In this document: positions 63,546 through 64,000 of the stretch, one piece after another
Layout: every line of letters starts with the position of its first letter
How positions within the stretch are numbered: position 1 is the first letter of the stretch
Origin: Thalia democratica
Lineage: Eukaryota
Reading direction: 5' to 3'
Assembly (NCBI GenBank): GCA_965202585.1
Contig: OZ241829.1
Location: forward strand, 73,408,001-73,472,000
DNA: 64,000 bases
Translations under genes and position numbers: made by a program
The notes under the pieces: generated by a model
The model's input: the letters and a program-made list of their open reading frames with translations, nothing else
Databases searched by the model: none
What the model was told of the DNA's origin: nothing

Positions 63546-64000
63546 CTGTTAAACTGTTGAAAAAATAACATTTAAAATGTTTATTTTAATTTAGATGATA
63601 ACTTTTTCTTTAGTTTAATAATTACGAAGTATCTACCACTAATGTGTAAATATTTTAGCTTAATAAACAAATTTAAAAGAACACATTATTTTTCTTTAAT
63701 TAATATACAGTACATTTCAATAACACCACACGTCACCACTGCTTACAACATATAAATATAAATTAATAATATGGTACTTTATTTGTTGTTTTTCAAAAGC
63801 ATTTTAATTTAACAATTCGTGAGACAAAAGAAATCTTATTTGGAAATTTTGAATTAATAATCGTAGAATTCATTTTAACAGTATGTGTAAGTCTAACAAA
63901 ATAAAGTTTATTTAAAAAACTCAATATTGCTAAAAATAAAACTTAATACTTTCACTGTATTATATATTTAACGTTTAAATGGTAATTAAGTACTACTTTA

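Larger units (their letters stand above)
38337..64000. repeat. Copy B of the ~30 kb tandem duplication (runs off the window end)
   Basis: Collinear with 8125 to ~34335, offset about 29.4-30.6 kb, with independent indels. Confidence 0.9.

Overview
AT-rich (roughly 70-75% by eye) eukaryotic genomic DNA with spliceosomal GT-AG signals. The composition and MITE repertoire resemble a Hydra-like cnidarian, but that is inference. I see no long protein-coding gene, rRNA, tRNA or recognisable snRNA, and almost every entry in the ORF track is a repeat-derived or low-complexity artefact. The window is a nested tandem array: a ~30 kb duplication (8.1-38.3 kb vs 38.3-64 kb), internal ~6 kb and ~4 kb duplications, and an older ~3 kb unit repeated about 20 times. 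That unit keeps three things despite heavy divergence: (i) a ~250-350 bp module (X) with paired TGACGTCA sites, a short hairpin and a central palindrome; (ii) a second paired-TGACGTCA module (R) carrying CCTTCAAACAG; (iii) minus-strand exon-like segments whose splice sites are conserved but whose reading frames are not. I counted 35 perfect TGACGTCA sites by eye, versus under one expected from base composition. Best reading: an amplified, CRE-marked, spliced non-coding RNA locus or alternative-promoter array on the minus strand, possibly a small-RNA precursor. This is untested without expression data. Non-autonomous DNA transposons (hAT, Tc1/mariner-type, Kolobok-like, and an ATGGG-ended CGTGCAAAA family) are scattered through it. 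All coordinates were read by eye.
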